Positions 25,502-38,124 of a stretch of DNA of 64,000 nucleotides are shown here, piece after piece. The DNA is from Octopus sinensis. Its lineage: Eukaryota. The notes under the pieces are model-generated. The model searched no databases and had not been told where the DNA came from. It saw only the letters and a list, made by a program, of their open reading frames with translations. The stretch spans positions 27,652,001 through 27,716,000 of the forward strand of contig NC_043016.1 in assembly GCF_006345805.1 (NCBI RefSeq), given 5' to 3'. The position numbers and the translations under genes were made by a program. Position 1 is the first letter of the stretch, and each line of letters opens with the position of its first letter.

Positions 25502-25728
25502 ATCTTTGTCCTGACATCGTGTGATAATTGTGAATGAGTATCACAGTCATACTAGCAGTGTCATTCATTTCTAATCTACAAAAGAATCTGGCTATAAGGA
25601 GATATTATCTTAGAGGGGAAACAGATTTAGGTAGGTGACAAGAAGATTATCTGGCTGTGCACATTGTGCTTCAATAAACTCTCTGAGCCATGCAAACATG
25701 GAAAAGTGGACATTAAAACAATGATAAT
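25275..25728 (+). mobile_element. SINE family C with expanded internal (TA)n
   Basis: GTGTGACACCTTGGGCAA head region; tail CATGCAAACATGGAAAAGTGGACATTAAAAC. Confidence 0.7.
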
Positions 25729-25848
25729 GGGTCTGTTATGTTGAAGCATTCGCACAGCAACTGTATTTTAATATTCAATTACTGTTCATCAACCTTAAGT
25801 CAGTCTCGGTCAAGCAAATGTAATTTTAGGCATTCCAATTTTTTTTAA

Positions 25849-26062
25849 CCCTTTAGTATTCAGATTTCTCTGTCAAATTTTATACTCATTTATTCCACAT
25901 TTATTCAATCATGCATTATCTTACCTTCAAGATTTCAATGATGATGATCATCATTTATATTTAGAATGACATTGTAGGGTAGGTATGAGGGGTAGAGCAG
26001 GCCAGTTTCAACATAAAATGGGTAGAATATTTAGGCCAAATATGGCCAGATTGAATGCTAGA
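25849..26062 (+). mobile_element. piggyBac-type MITE, family 2
   Basis: TTAACCCTTTAGTATTCAGAT start; right end decayed. Confidence 0.75.
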
Positions 26063-26956
26063 GAATGTCCACACTTCCAATATCAAGTGTATCCTTTAAA
26101 ATGATAAAGAATGATTTGAGGAACATTTAGCTAAAATTTCTTGCTTTCAATTTATGTCTATTGGTGAGATATTTGTTCAGCTATAAACATAAAATACAAA
26201 TTCTTGATTAAGAAAAATGTTTTATAAAGGCAGTGGCAGTTATCCACAGCAAACCCAAATCCAGGTTGACGTGGGAGGGAGCAGTAAGGTTAAATTTTGG
26301 AATGTTGAGCCTCAAAGATGACATGAAACAGCTTTGATCACAGTCATGACCTACAGTACTGCTAATTTGTTCAGCCCATAGTAACTTGAGGGAACAGTGA
26401 CTTAAGTGACTTTGGGTTGTGTTAAGATACTGTATAAATGAAGCTAGGTCTTATATCTCCTTCAGTTGCCATACTTACTTAAAGTGGATACAAGTTATTA
26501 AATTATCCACATCAGTTTTTTTTTCCATAGTTCAACATAATGTTGGTTGCTATATTGTGTTGTGGCTTTTGATCAAATTCTTGATCTTTTCTTAACTTGC
26601 TTCTATTTCATACACCCTCGACACTTAATTTAGTCTGGTAGGAAGTTCCTGGAGAGCAAAAGGACTAGTTTGGACAGGCTCGTCAAACCCATACCAGCAT
26701 GCATATGTAGACATGAGGATGAACATTTATTCTTTTTAAATGTATTTTTGTAGCATCAATTCATTGTTTAGCATCAAGCCAGGTTTGACAAGGTAGCCTA
26801 TGATCAAACATTCCAACTATGACTACCTTACCATTATATATCAGGCACAACTTTATTCAATTTTAAGATGGTAGGATGTGGTCTAAAGGAGATTTGACTT
26901 ATTTCTAGCAAATTAAGGTTTCATTCGCTCTTGTAATTATACCTAAACCAGATTAA

Positions 26957-27174
26957 CCCTTTTAGCATTTAAACCAGCCATATCCAGCCCAAATATTTTA
27001 CATGTTTTTTTGTTCAAACCAGCTATATCTGGCCTCTTACACCTACTCAACAATATCATTCTAAAAATGTAGAATCACATTGTTGAATTCTTGAAGCTTT
27101 GAGATAATGCATGATTAAAACAAAACATTGTGAATAAATAAGCATTGCTTTTGAATAATCTGAATGCTAAAGGG
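26957..27174 (-). mobile_element. piggyBac-type MITE, family 2 (opposite orientation)
   Basis: TTAA flanks; TIRs CCCTTTTAGCATT and AATGCTAAAGGG; body is the reverse complement of the 25849 copy. Confidence 0.85.
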
Positions 27175-27334
27175 TTAATTTAAAGAAAATATATGAACAT
27201 AGGTTTCTTCCATTGTTACAAGTCCAGAAATATGTAGGAAGGGGCCTCCATATTTCAATTTGGATGTGGGGTGGGTGTCGTTGTTAGAATAATATTAATG
27301 GAATAATTCGGTCAACCACAATGTATGTCATTGC

Positions 27335-27680
27335 CATCCTTCTTTAACAGTTATTTTTTTTTACCATACTCACATGGGTCAGATGGAATTTGTTGAGGTA
27401 GATTTTCTATGGCCAGATGCACTTCCTGTCACCAGCCTTTGCTTGTTTCCAATTAAGGTAATATTTACCCATGGCCAGACATGTTACATAGAAGATAAGA
27501 AATGAAGTAACAAATTTATACACGACAGGCTTCTTTGAGTTTGCACTTACCATGTCCACAAACAAGACTTTACACAGCCTTGGAATATTGTAGGCACTTG
27601 GCCAAGATGCCATATGGCGGGACTGAATCTGAAACGATGTGGTTCGGAAGCAAGCTTCTTACCATACAGTCACACCTGCA
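27335..27680 (-). mobile_element. SINE family C
   Basis: Reverse complement of the family C tail and head (CACTTGGCCAAGATGCC...GCAAGCTTCTTACCATACAG). Confidence 0.75.
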
Positions 27681-28192
27681 ACTATTGGCAGTCTCACCAG
27701 CACTTTATATATATTTTGTTAACCCCGAATTTAACACAGAGGTAAAACTAGCCTTATGTCTTACCTAGAAATTATTGCTCAGGTCCCACAACTTAAGAGA
27801 GGTACAAGGCTACAGATTTTGAAGGAGGTGGGGTGAGTTTTACACAATTACTTGACTGGTACTTTATATATTCCCTTTCAATGATGAAAGGTAAAAAACT
27901 GATCTTGGTGGGATTTGAACTCAAAATGTAATGAGCCGAAACAGATTTTGCAAGTCAATTACCCAGTAACCTACTCATTTTACCGTCGTGAATAATTCTA
28001 ATTTTATGCAAACCCAGTATAGTAGTATTAATAATAATAAAATAGGGATGATGGTAATTTTTAGCAAAGGTAAAAAGACGAATTGATCCTTTTTGCTATC
28101 AAACCACCTGAGACCATCCCAGGGTCTATGACACAAACTTACCATCTTAAGACAATTTGCAATCAGATTATTAACTATGATAATAGGTACAT

Positions 28193-28805
28193 GCATGGCT
28201 GTCAGGTAAAAAGTTTGCTTCCCAACCATGTAGTTTGGGGCTCAGTCCTACTGCATGACACCCCAGGCTGCCATAAGCCTTTTGAGTGGTTTTGGTTGAC
28301 AGAAACTGAAAATTAAAGGCGGTGAGTTGGCAGAAACGTTAGCACACCAGGCAAAATGTTTAGCAGTATTTCATCTGCTGTTACGTTCTAAGTTCAAATT
28401 CTGCCGCGGTTTACTTTGCCTTTCATCCTTTCAGGGTCAAATAAATTAAGCACTAGTTATGCACTGGCTTGATCTAATCGACTTAATCTCTTTGTCTGTC
28501 CTTGTTTGTCCTCTCTGTGTGTAGCCTCTTGTGGGCAATAAAGAAATAAGAAACTGAAAGAAACCATGTGTGTGTTACCGCTGTCTCCTTGCTTTTGATA
28601 TCATGTGATAGTTGTAAATGTTACCATCATGCAAGTGGTGTCCTTCATCTCTAGGCTTCTGTGAAAGCATATTTGGTCATTGGGAAATATTACCTTACTT
28701 GGAAACAGGTGTGGGTTAGTAACAGGAGCACCCAGCTGTAGAAAATTCAATTCAGCAACCACCCCACCCCATATGTAAGGATAGAAAAGTGGCTATTAAA
28801 ACAAT
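28193..28805 (+). mobile_element. SINE family C interrupted by a SINE family A copy (28316-28548)
   Basis: The family A copy is flanked by a duplicated AGAAACTGAAA (28301-28311, 28549-28559); the host SINE resumes after it. Confidence 0.85.
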
Positions 28806-29431
28806 ACATAAAGTACTGCAGTTTGCAAATGAAAACAACTTTTGTGTATTAAACTTTATTGACAGTTTTGTGACTTCAAATTAATTTTGTACTAAGCTGA
28901 ATTCAACTTGATTTAGGTTAACTAGGAAATATTTTATATTAAGATTAAAATATTTCAGGTATTTTTCTCTATTTTATCATTGGAAATCTTGTCATTCCTG
29001 AGATTGTACTGTATTTTTGGGAGACATATTTTCTTCCAAAACTGTGTTTGTAGTAAATGTGTGTGTATGTATGCATGCTTGCATGCATACACACCAGTAC
29101 TTTTTACATGGCACCAGCACCAAATGCTTTTTATATGGCACTTTGGTTTTTAGGATATCAATTTTGTTGTGATGGGTGGGTCTTCCGCATTTTGAGATCA
29201 GACTTAAATACTTCATCCCAGGTCTTCCTGGATCTCACTCTTCCTCAACTTGCCTCTACTTTAAGTGATCACTTTATGCAACTGTCGTCATCAATCCGCA
29301 TAATGTGACCAAACCAGTACTGTTTCCTCTCTTGCACAATGCATATAATTTGCACACATACAATTTTTTAATGTTTTCCCAAGCACATGCATCTATGGGT
29401 GTAATTACTGGCAGAGTTGTGAAGTTCAGGT

Positions 29432-29812
29432 AAGGCTGTGTGGTTAAGAAGCATGCTCCCCAACTATATAATTTTGGGTTCAATCTCACTACTTGGCATG
29501 TTGGGCAAATGACTTCTATTATAGCCCTGCTCTGAATGTATTTGGTTGGTTGACAGCTTGTCATAAATGTGTATGTGTGTGCATGCTTGTGTGTTTGTAT
29601 AAACCTTTGTCTTGACATCATGTGATGATTGTAAATGAGTATCAATCAGGGTTATTCATTTCTAATAATCAGCAAAAACAAATGCCTGGTCATGGAGAAA
29701 TATTAACCTTTTAGACATTTGGAAATAAGGGTTGGTGATAAGATCTTCTGGTTGTAGAAATATCTGCGTCAACAAATTCCATCTCACCCATGTAAGCATG
29801 GAAAATCATCAT
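29432..29812 (+). mobile_element. SINE family C
   Basis: GGCTGTGTGGTTAAGAAGC head; CCCATGTAAGCATGGAAAA tail. Confidence 0.75.
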
Positions 29813-30130
29813 TTAACATCCACTTTCCATGCTGGCACATGTTGGAGGGTTTGACATGGAGCTAGCAGGGAGCTGTCCAGGCTCCAACTGATTGGTGTAG
29901 CAGCCATAGACATTAAATAATAAAACTACATGTATACATATTTAGGTGATAAATTGTTCATCCATTTCAATGATGAGTAATCAGGTGTTCTTTCAGCTGT
30001 ATTTAGCATGTTTAAATTTTCTGAAATTATGGATAACCTAAATGTAATTTACAATAGGACCATAAATACAACACTAGTGTGCTGGGTTAGAGGTACAATG
30101 AGTGTGTGTGTAAATAGATATCATTTCATG

Positions 30131-30430
30131 CAGTTGTTCTCAACCAGGGTCTATATGATCCCTGGGTATCCACACAAGCAAAATAATAAATTGTGTATAC
30201 AGTAGTATATTAAGGGTCCATGACAAAATTTTGATTTAGATGTATTTATTAGAAGAAAAAGCTTGATTTCTTTCTCTAACATTTGACAGTCAAATGTTTG
30301 AAAAACAAAATAGGAATTTTGAAATAAGTATCTTTAAAACTAGTTTTTAAACATCGAGAATCTGTGGGGTCCACAAGAGTAAAATAGTAATCAAAGGTGT
30401 GCATAGCCAAAAAATGGTTGAGAAACATTG
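30131..30430. mobile_element. hAT-type MITE (300 bp)
   Basis: TIRs CAGTTGTTCTCAACC and GGTTGAGAAACATTG; degenerate 8-bp TSD ATTTCATG / GTTTTATG. Confidence 0.75.
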
Positions 30431-32004
30431 GTTTTATGTACAAGTGTTTAATTGCTCAATCCATGAGGTTGAGTATTCCACAGTTACATGTACTTTATTA
30501 CATAATCAGTTTGCAACAAGGTTGGGACCTTGAATTATTGGTATTGTCAATCAGATGCACTTGTGTGGGGTTTTTTTTTTTTTTTTTTTGCCTGTTCAGT
30601 TTCAAGTCACAAGATTTGGATTGACCAGAGGCTAAAGTACTTGCCCAAGATGTTATGCAGAGGGTTCAAATTTAGACCTCATGATTGCAGACCAGGCATT
30701 TTAACCTTGTTGACAATGCTGTTGCCATTTGTATGCATTATCATCATCATCATTTATCCCATTTACCATGCTAGCATTGGTTGGATAGTTTGATAGGGTC
30801 TGGCAAGCTAGAAGTCTGCTTTAACATAGTTTTATGGTTGGATGCTTTTTATATGACAATGGCATTAGGGAGGTCACTAACTCACAAAACAAGACCCCTC
30901 AATCAAAAGGGGGAATAATATCAAGGGATGTGGCTTTATGCTAGGTGATGAGATCATGCGTAGGGGAGGTCTGACCTTGTCTCAACTTCACATGATGGCT
31001 ATGACACAACTACATGTCACTGTCATGTAGCTGTATCATTTTATTTCCATTTGTCTCAGAAATAAATGACAGAGTTGGCAACAGGAAGGGCATGAATAAT
31101 CAATGTTGAATTTTGTCTGATTATTGCTACATGGGAAAGTGGCTAATAAAAAAGGGTGATAAAATGATGTGCATGTGTACATATATACATGTGTATATGT
31201 ACATACACAAAAGCACTAACTGAAAATAGTTCAAATGATTCTAAAATTACATAAATGAATGAGATATACAACTGCTTCATTAGCCAACTTTGAATTAGTA
31301 TTGTGTTGAGATATTTCATGTTTGGAGATATCTGTACACTACTATATTCAGTAGAGAGATGTGTGCTATTCTTTTGGTTTCATTTCTCACTTCAGGTTCA
31401 AATCCGGCCATGATTGCTATGCCTTTTTATTTTTTTATCCTTTAAATGTCATATTACATCTTGGGGTTATTTCATACATCAGAACTTTTAAGTGACTTTT
31501 GTCTTCTTCATTGTAAAAAAAAAAAAATTAAGAGCTGTTGTTGTAACTAAACTCACTCAGCTTATCATGAACCCCTAGTGCTCATAAGACTGAAGCTTGT
31601 TTCCCATGGCATATAAATGGCTGAAATTACAACACTACCAAATCCCTGAAGAGGATGAATGGGATGCCAGTCTGTAACAGTTAATTTTGCAGTTATTGCT
31701 GGAAGACATAGTTGAGTGAACTGGAGCAATGTGAAATGAAGTGTTGGGCTCAAGAACACAACACACTACCTGGTCTGCGAATCGAAATCACGATCTATTG
31801 ATTTAAGTGCAGGGCCCCTAACAACTAGGTTGTATGTCTTATAGCAAGAGGACTGAGTGCTTTATGCTCTTGAAAAAAAAAAAAACTGAGACCGTCATGG
31901 TTGGAGTGGTAACTGAACAGTGACTAATCTCGCGTATATTTTAACACTTGTACCTATTAATGTGAGATTAACAGCATTGCTGCTATCAGAAATATTTTAC
32001 TTTA

Positions 32005-32345
32005 ATTACCTCCGCCTTAGTGAATACAGAGGTATTGTTTTCAGTCATGTTTGTTTGTTTGACCATGGACAAGATATCTCAAGAACCACTGGATGGATTT
32101 GGATGAAACTTTCAGCGATGTTTGGCCTCGTGACTAGCACAAACTCATTAGATTTGTGGATCAATCCAGTACTGTACAAGGATTCTGGATAATTTTTCCT
32201 GTTTCTTTTTTTTTTTTTTTTTTTTTTTGAGAGCGGTTGGGTTTGTTTTTAGTATTTTCATTTCTGAGAACATTTAAGTTTTTTTAGATATTCTCTGACT
32301 AATCGTTGTGGGGACATTGTTGCCTTGGCAGGGGTTTGAGCACTA
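32005..32345 (+). mobile_element. HINE-like (Helentron-associated) non-autonomous element
   Basis: 5' TTACCTCCGCC, then a GTTTGTTTGTTTG tract, GGATTTGGATGAAACTT, and a 3' CCTTGGCAGGGG subterminal inverted repeat. Confidence 0.55.
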
Positions 32346-34260
32346 ACACTGAGTTAAAATCCTACTAATGTCAACTTTGTCTTTCATACTTCCAAGATTG
32401 ATCAAATAAGTTAAGTACTGGGAATTGGTTGAATAAACTTACCACCCACAAATTTAAAGCTTTGTGCTTCAGTAAATCAAAAAGGCATTGGTTTGACAGA
32501 ATCATTAAACACTCCTGACAGTTCTGAATTCAAATTTTATGATAATCAGCTTTGCTTTGCTTCATTCTGGACTTAAGTGTTATCTTTATTCCTCATGTTT
32601 CTGGTCTTGCACATTATTTGTATTACATTCATTGTACAACATGTATATAAAATACTAGGTTTTGTTGTTTCTATTTTTCTCCATGTTAACTGTCAGGCCT
32701 CAGCAAAAAGCCTGACAGAAAATATTTTGCTAAGAAAATCTCTTCCAAGTAGGGAACAGTTTTGGAGTATAGCGGCATGTTTGATTTGATGTCTGACCAT
32801 TTCAGATGGTATCTTATGTCAGTCATTGGACTACAGCTCCCATGCTGGGGCACTGCCTTGATGGGTTTGGTCAAACAGACCCTCGTACATGTTTTTATGT
32901 GTGGTACTTATTCTGTATCATTTGCTAAACCACTGTTTCAGGGATACAAACAAAGCAGCACCAGTTATCAAATGGTGGGAGGGACATTGTTACCTTATTA
33001 GGCGTACGTGTGTGTATGTATGTTCATATGTATGTGCATAGAATTGTTATACAGTACTCCACTATGTATATGTATGTGTGTATATATGTATGTACATATG
33101 TAGGCTTGTGTGTGTGTTTTCCAGTTTTTATGTGTGTGTTTTTCCAGTTTTTATGTGTGTGCATGTACAGGGCTGTGGAGTTGAAACAAAAAACTTTGAC
33201 TGACTCTGACTCCTGTACTATTGTCACCTCCGACTCATGACTCCTCTTTATGTATTTAAGTGATTGTGGTCTACATATCTCATAAAGCATATGCATACGC
33301 TTGTACTTTGAGTAGGCCTGTATCTTATAACTGGTTTATATTAAAGAATAAAGATATTGTGAGTCAGAGTTGATATAGTTTTACTGTGCACAACCTGTGC
33401 ATGTATATGTATGTTTGAGTTTATGATTGTGTGTATATGTAGATATGTATATACATGTGTGTGTGTGCAGATGAGTGTCAAATGGTTTGTAGACATTCTG
33501 ATGCTACCTAGAACATTTCCCTATCTATGCTGCAAAGGTAATTCTCCCTCCATAGCACCTTAATTTTTCTTCCTTTTTCTCTGTTTTCTTCCTATCTTTT
33601 ATTATCTCCATAGTCCCTTTTGAAGACATAATAGGTTGTAATGGAGTTCCTTGAAATTTTGTCTTTCACCTCTGTCACATGTGGATACATTGAAACTCAT
33701 GAAATTTCAGCTGTTCTTTGCATCTCTCACTTGCTTGGATAATGTTTAACAAAGTGGGTTGCTTTTAATCTTCTACCTAAGTTTAAATTTACCGATTTTT
33801 TTGTGTAGTGGAATCAGACTATTCATCCAGCTGAAACGGCTGTTGTGAACCTTTAAAATCCATTTGTGTTCTTTATATGTATATATTTATATACACACAC
33901 ACACACACCATGAACCCCCATACATTCCATCTACCAAACCTAAAGTTAAGGCTTCACAGATTACCATTTATAATTTCTCTTATACATTAAAAAATGTTTT
34001 TAGCATTTTATATATTTCTACAAATTAGATTAAATACATCAGAGTATATTTTGCTGCCACCCTCACTCCCATTTTAACTGACAATCCTAAAATGTGTACC
34101 TACCAAGTATTGCCAGAAATGGACTCTTTTTATTAGTTACTAGTATATGAAATCATTATTGCCTATGACAAAAGAGGTTTACAGGGACATACACACACCA
34201 ATACAAATTGTCAAGCAGTGTTAGGGGACAGATGCAGACTCAAAGATAAATTTATATATA

Positions 34261-35058
34261 TAATTAAACATAGGTCATTGAACAAACATTAAAATGAGTT
34301 AACTTTATATACAGTATCAAACCTTCAACATACATCATATATAAATAAATATTACCATGGCTTGCATAATATATAAATCAAAATATACATATATGCGAAA
34401 AAAAATCACGTCCCATCAAAAAACAACTAAAAGTTTATAAGATAACTTAAAAGACTAAAAATATTGAGATGGCGAGTAAACAAATAATGAATAAATCAAC
34501 TAAAAAGTTATATTTACTTCACTCACACCAAAAGATAATCCATGAGTAAAAAACCATGTGTAGTTTTCTTTTTCTTTTCTAAATCAAAAAATACATCCAT
34601 ACAGATAGGACACACATACAAGACCTGGCCCCTTCATCAGGATGAAAAGAGCAATAGGACACATATACAAGACCTGGTCTTGTATATGTGTCCTATCTCT
34701 TTTCATCCTGATGATAGATCATGTGTTTAGTTTAATCTGAGTAACCTTACTCATGAACTATTATATTCTGTATGGACATATTTTTTGATTTGGAAAAGAA
34801 AAAAAAATTACTCGTGGATTATTACCTTTGGTGTGAGTAAAGTAAATATAACTTTTTAGTTAATTCATTCATTATTTGTTTACCTGTTTTCTCAGTATTT
34901 TTAGTATTTTATAAATTTTTAGTCGTTTTTTGATGGGATGTTCCTATACATGTCTTTTTCACATATATGTATATTTTTTACCTTTGGTGATTTTCTGTGT
35001 TTGTATGTCTTATATATAACTTATTTTAATGTTTGTTCTATGACCGATGTTTAATTAT
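34261..35058. repeat. ~800-bp foldback (long imperfect inverted repeat) with a near-perfect central palindrome
   Basis: 34261-34301 matches the reverse complement of ~35018-35058, and 34476-34604 matches the reverse complement of ~34768-34883. The central palindrome 34634-34714 is centred on 34675. Confidence 0.9.
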
Positions 35059-35531
35059 TCTTGCCTCATTTATTTGAGCACTTCTTTTTTGCAGTCCTAT
35101 TTACTCTTTGTCTCTTTTGAAAGAAATAATAGTTATTCTTGACGTATTATACACACACACACACAGAACATACAATGAACTTCTTTTAGTTTCCATCAGC
35201 CAAACCCACTCACAGAGCTTTGGTTAGCCTGAGGCAATAGTAGATGCTTGCTCAAGCTTCCATACACTATCTGTGGTGTCTGTGATATCATCTAGTCCCT
35301 CACCCAAAAGTTGCTGGCCTTGTGCTTATATTAGAGATAAAATAATCATTATAATTATCATAAAAAGGCATTGAGCTTGTAGAATCCTTATAGCACTCGA
35401 GTCAAAATGTATAGTGGAATTTCATCCTTTCAAGGGCCAGAAAATATACTACCAGACAAATGCTAGGGCCCATGGTTTGTACAACTACCCCAACCACTTC
35501 AAAGCTTTGTGCCAAAATTAAGATTATTATT

Positions 35532-35930
35532 AAGGTGGTGAGCTGGCAGAATCATTAGCACGCTGAGGTGAAATGCTTAGTGGCATTTCATGTCTTCACA
35601 TTCTGAGTTCAGATTCCATTGAGGTTGACTTTACCTTTCATCCTTTCGGGTCCATAAATTGAAAACCAGTTGAGTACTGGGGTTAATGTAATCGGCTAGT
35701 CCCCTCCCACCAAATTTCAGGCTCTGTACCTTCAGTAGAAAAGATTATCATCTTTATTATTAAGCTTGAAGTGACAGCATTCTGAGTTCAAATACTGCTG
35801 AGATTGAGTTTACCTTACATCCTTTTGGGGCCCATAAAATAAGTACCAGTTTAGTATTGTGGCCCATATAATCAACTGGCCCCCTCCTTCAAAATTTCAA
35901 GACTTGTACCTATAATAAAGATTATTATTA
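35532..35930 (+). mobile_element. SINE family A plus a second 5'-truncated tandem copy
   Basis: AAGGTGGTGAGCTGGCAGAATCATTAGC head; GAGTTCA...CCTTTCATCCTTT...GTACCAG occurs twice. Confidence 0.8.
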
Positions 35931-36669
35931 TTCCCTACCAGCTGTTAAAGGTCATTATGCCAACCTCCACTCCTGCCCCTAACTACTTGGGGAGGAGGGG
36001 GTATCACCAGCTTCATAACTCCTGCCCCTTCTCCCATCTTACTTGTCACCTATATCAAATAATTCTCTCTGCTTCCTTACTCCCCACCTCCCAATCACCT
36101 CCATGAACTAATTCTCCCCTCCCTTCCTCCCACTCTACCATAGCTCCCTTCCTCCTCCTCCTGTGCAGAAGGTAAAAAGTTGAATGTAAGGAAGGTGAGT
36201 AAAACATTAGAGTAGATTCTTCCCCCCACCCTCACTCACCATCTTTTCAAGTTCATCTTTACATTTGTTGCCCCCATCCCTAAGGAGGTGGGGGTGACAT
36301 TTCTCTTCAGTTACCCCACTGCTGATAGTGGGAGTGGGAGCAGTTGCTATGAACTGTTAACCTGACAATGTTATGTCAAGTCATCACTTTAAAAATACAT
36401 TTGGGTGCACATACACAGTCACAATATATACACAACTATATATAGTATATATTGTGACTAAATACATGCAATAGATTCTTATGCTTGTTTCAGTCAGTGA
36501 CTGTGGCCATCCTGGGGCACTTCTTTGGAAGATTTTGTCAGAGTTCAATCATCATCATCATCCCCACCCCCAGTACTTATTAAGGCTAGTACTTACCCAA
36601 TTTACCCTATCTGTTTCTTTATACTGAACTGCTACATTACAGGATCTTAAACACTGGTTACTAAATAGT

Positions 36670-36902
36670 AAGGCGACGAGCTGGCAGAAACGTTAGCACG
36701 CCGGGCGAAATGCTCAGCGGTATTTCGTCTGCCGCTACGTTCTGAGTTCAAATTCCGCCGAGGTCAACTTTACCTTTCATCCTTTCGGGGTCGATAAATT
36801 AAGTACCAGTTACGCACTGGGGTCAATATAATCGACTTAATCCGTTTGTATGTCCTTGTTTGTCCCCTCTGTGTGTAGCCCCTTGTAGGTAGTAAAGAAA
36901 TA
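36670..36902 (+). mobile_element. SINE family A, young full-length copy with 14-bp TSD
   Basis: TSD GGTTACTAAATAGT at 36656-36669 and 36903-36916; CpGs intact. Confidence 0.95.
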
Positions 36903-37661
36903 GGTTACTAAATAGTGAGACACATTTATGTAAAGATTTTTTTAAGATAGTGTAAGACTAGTTACAAATAGTGTAGTGACAGAAAACTGAATATGAGCTT
37001 CCACAATAATCAAGTCGTGTTTCTGTCTACTGGACTACAAGGAGAGCCTGTTCCTTTTACTCACACACATAAAATGTGTAACCATTAATCAATAGCTGTC
37101 AAACATCAAATTAAAGGGATTCAATATTTGGTGTTATTATTTAGTCCTAGCCCAACTCTAATCAGATGTGCTCTGGCCAATGTAGTTGGACTATCACTTA
37201 TTCAGTCACAATGTACTTTTGACTACATTGTTATCCTTCCTTTAAGACAGTTATAGTATCATTTAAGGGTGATTTTGGTTGTTGTCTCTAGCAGGTCAAG
37301 GGGAATATCTAATTTATGCTGCTTAACTTTGTTTATCTGTATATTACCTGACAATTTATCTAGCTTTTATGAGTGGTATGTAATGTATTTTATTTAGGCC
37401 AATATAGTAACCTGTTAATCTTGAGTTCCCCTCTACATGTCCTTAGACAACACTGAATCACCCTAAATAAACTATTGCATTCCATTTTTGTAATGACTAT
37501 TTCTCCTGTTTACTGCTTATTTGTGTTTGTGTTTATATATCATAAAGCCATAGACTCAAGTAGTAAGAGAGGTGAATATATATTTAACCATATGATTTCC
37601 ATTGGGTTTGTTTATTTCACAACCTTCTTTGGCACTGTTAATTTATATAAAAGAAATTATG

Positions 37662-38124
37662 CTTGACGAAAGAGTGGCACCTCTGAGATATGCTGTGACT
37701 GCGAAGACCCGATAAATGAAGTGAGTTCATGGCTTGCAGGACGGCCTGCTGTGCTAACCTTGGGTTGTAGAGTGACCCTCTGTGCTTGAGGAGACCTATT
37801 GAGTCAAGTATGTCAACATAACATCAAAATAAAAATCAAATGGAAATTGTATAAAAAGCACCATCCGAACGTGGCTGATGCCAGCGCCGCCTGACTGGTG
37901 CCCATGTCGGTGACACGTGAAAGGCATCAACCAATCGTGGCTGTTTGCCAGCCTCCTCTGGCCCCTGTGCCGGTGGCACATAAAAAGCACCCACTACACT
38001 CACGGAGTGGTTGGCATTAGGAAGGGCATCCAGCTGTGGAAGCACTGCCAGATCAGACTGGAGCCTGATGCAGCCTCCTGACTTCCCAGACCCCAGAAAA
38101 CGGACGTTAAACAATGACGATGAT
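37662..38124 (+). mobile_element. RTE-type LINE 3' end (5'-truncated)
   Basis: Internal direct repeats (TAAAAAGCACC-like, three times), GGAAGGGCATCCAGC, and a GGACGTTAAAC(AATGACGATG) tail; same tail as the SINE C copies. Confidence 0.55.

Noticed and set aside
34700-34750. Hammerhead starting at CTGATGA in the foldback
   Set aside because: No GAAA follows a convincing stem II on either strand.
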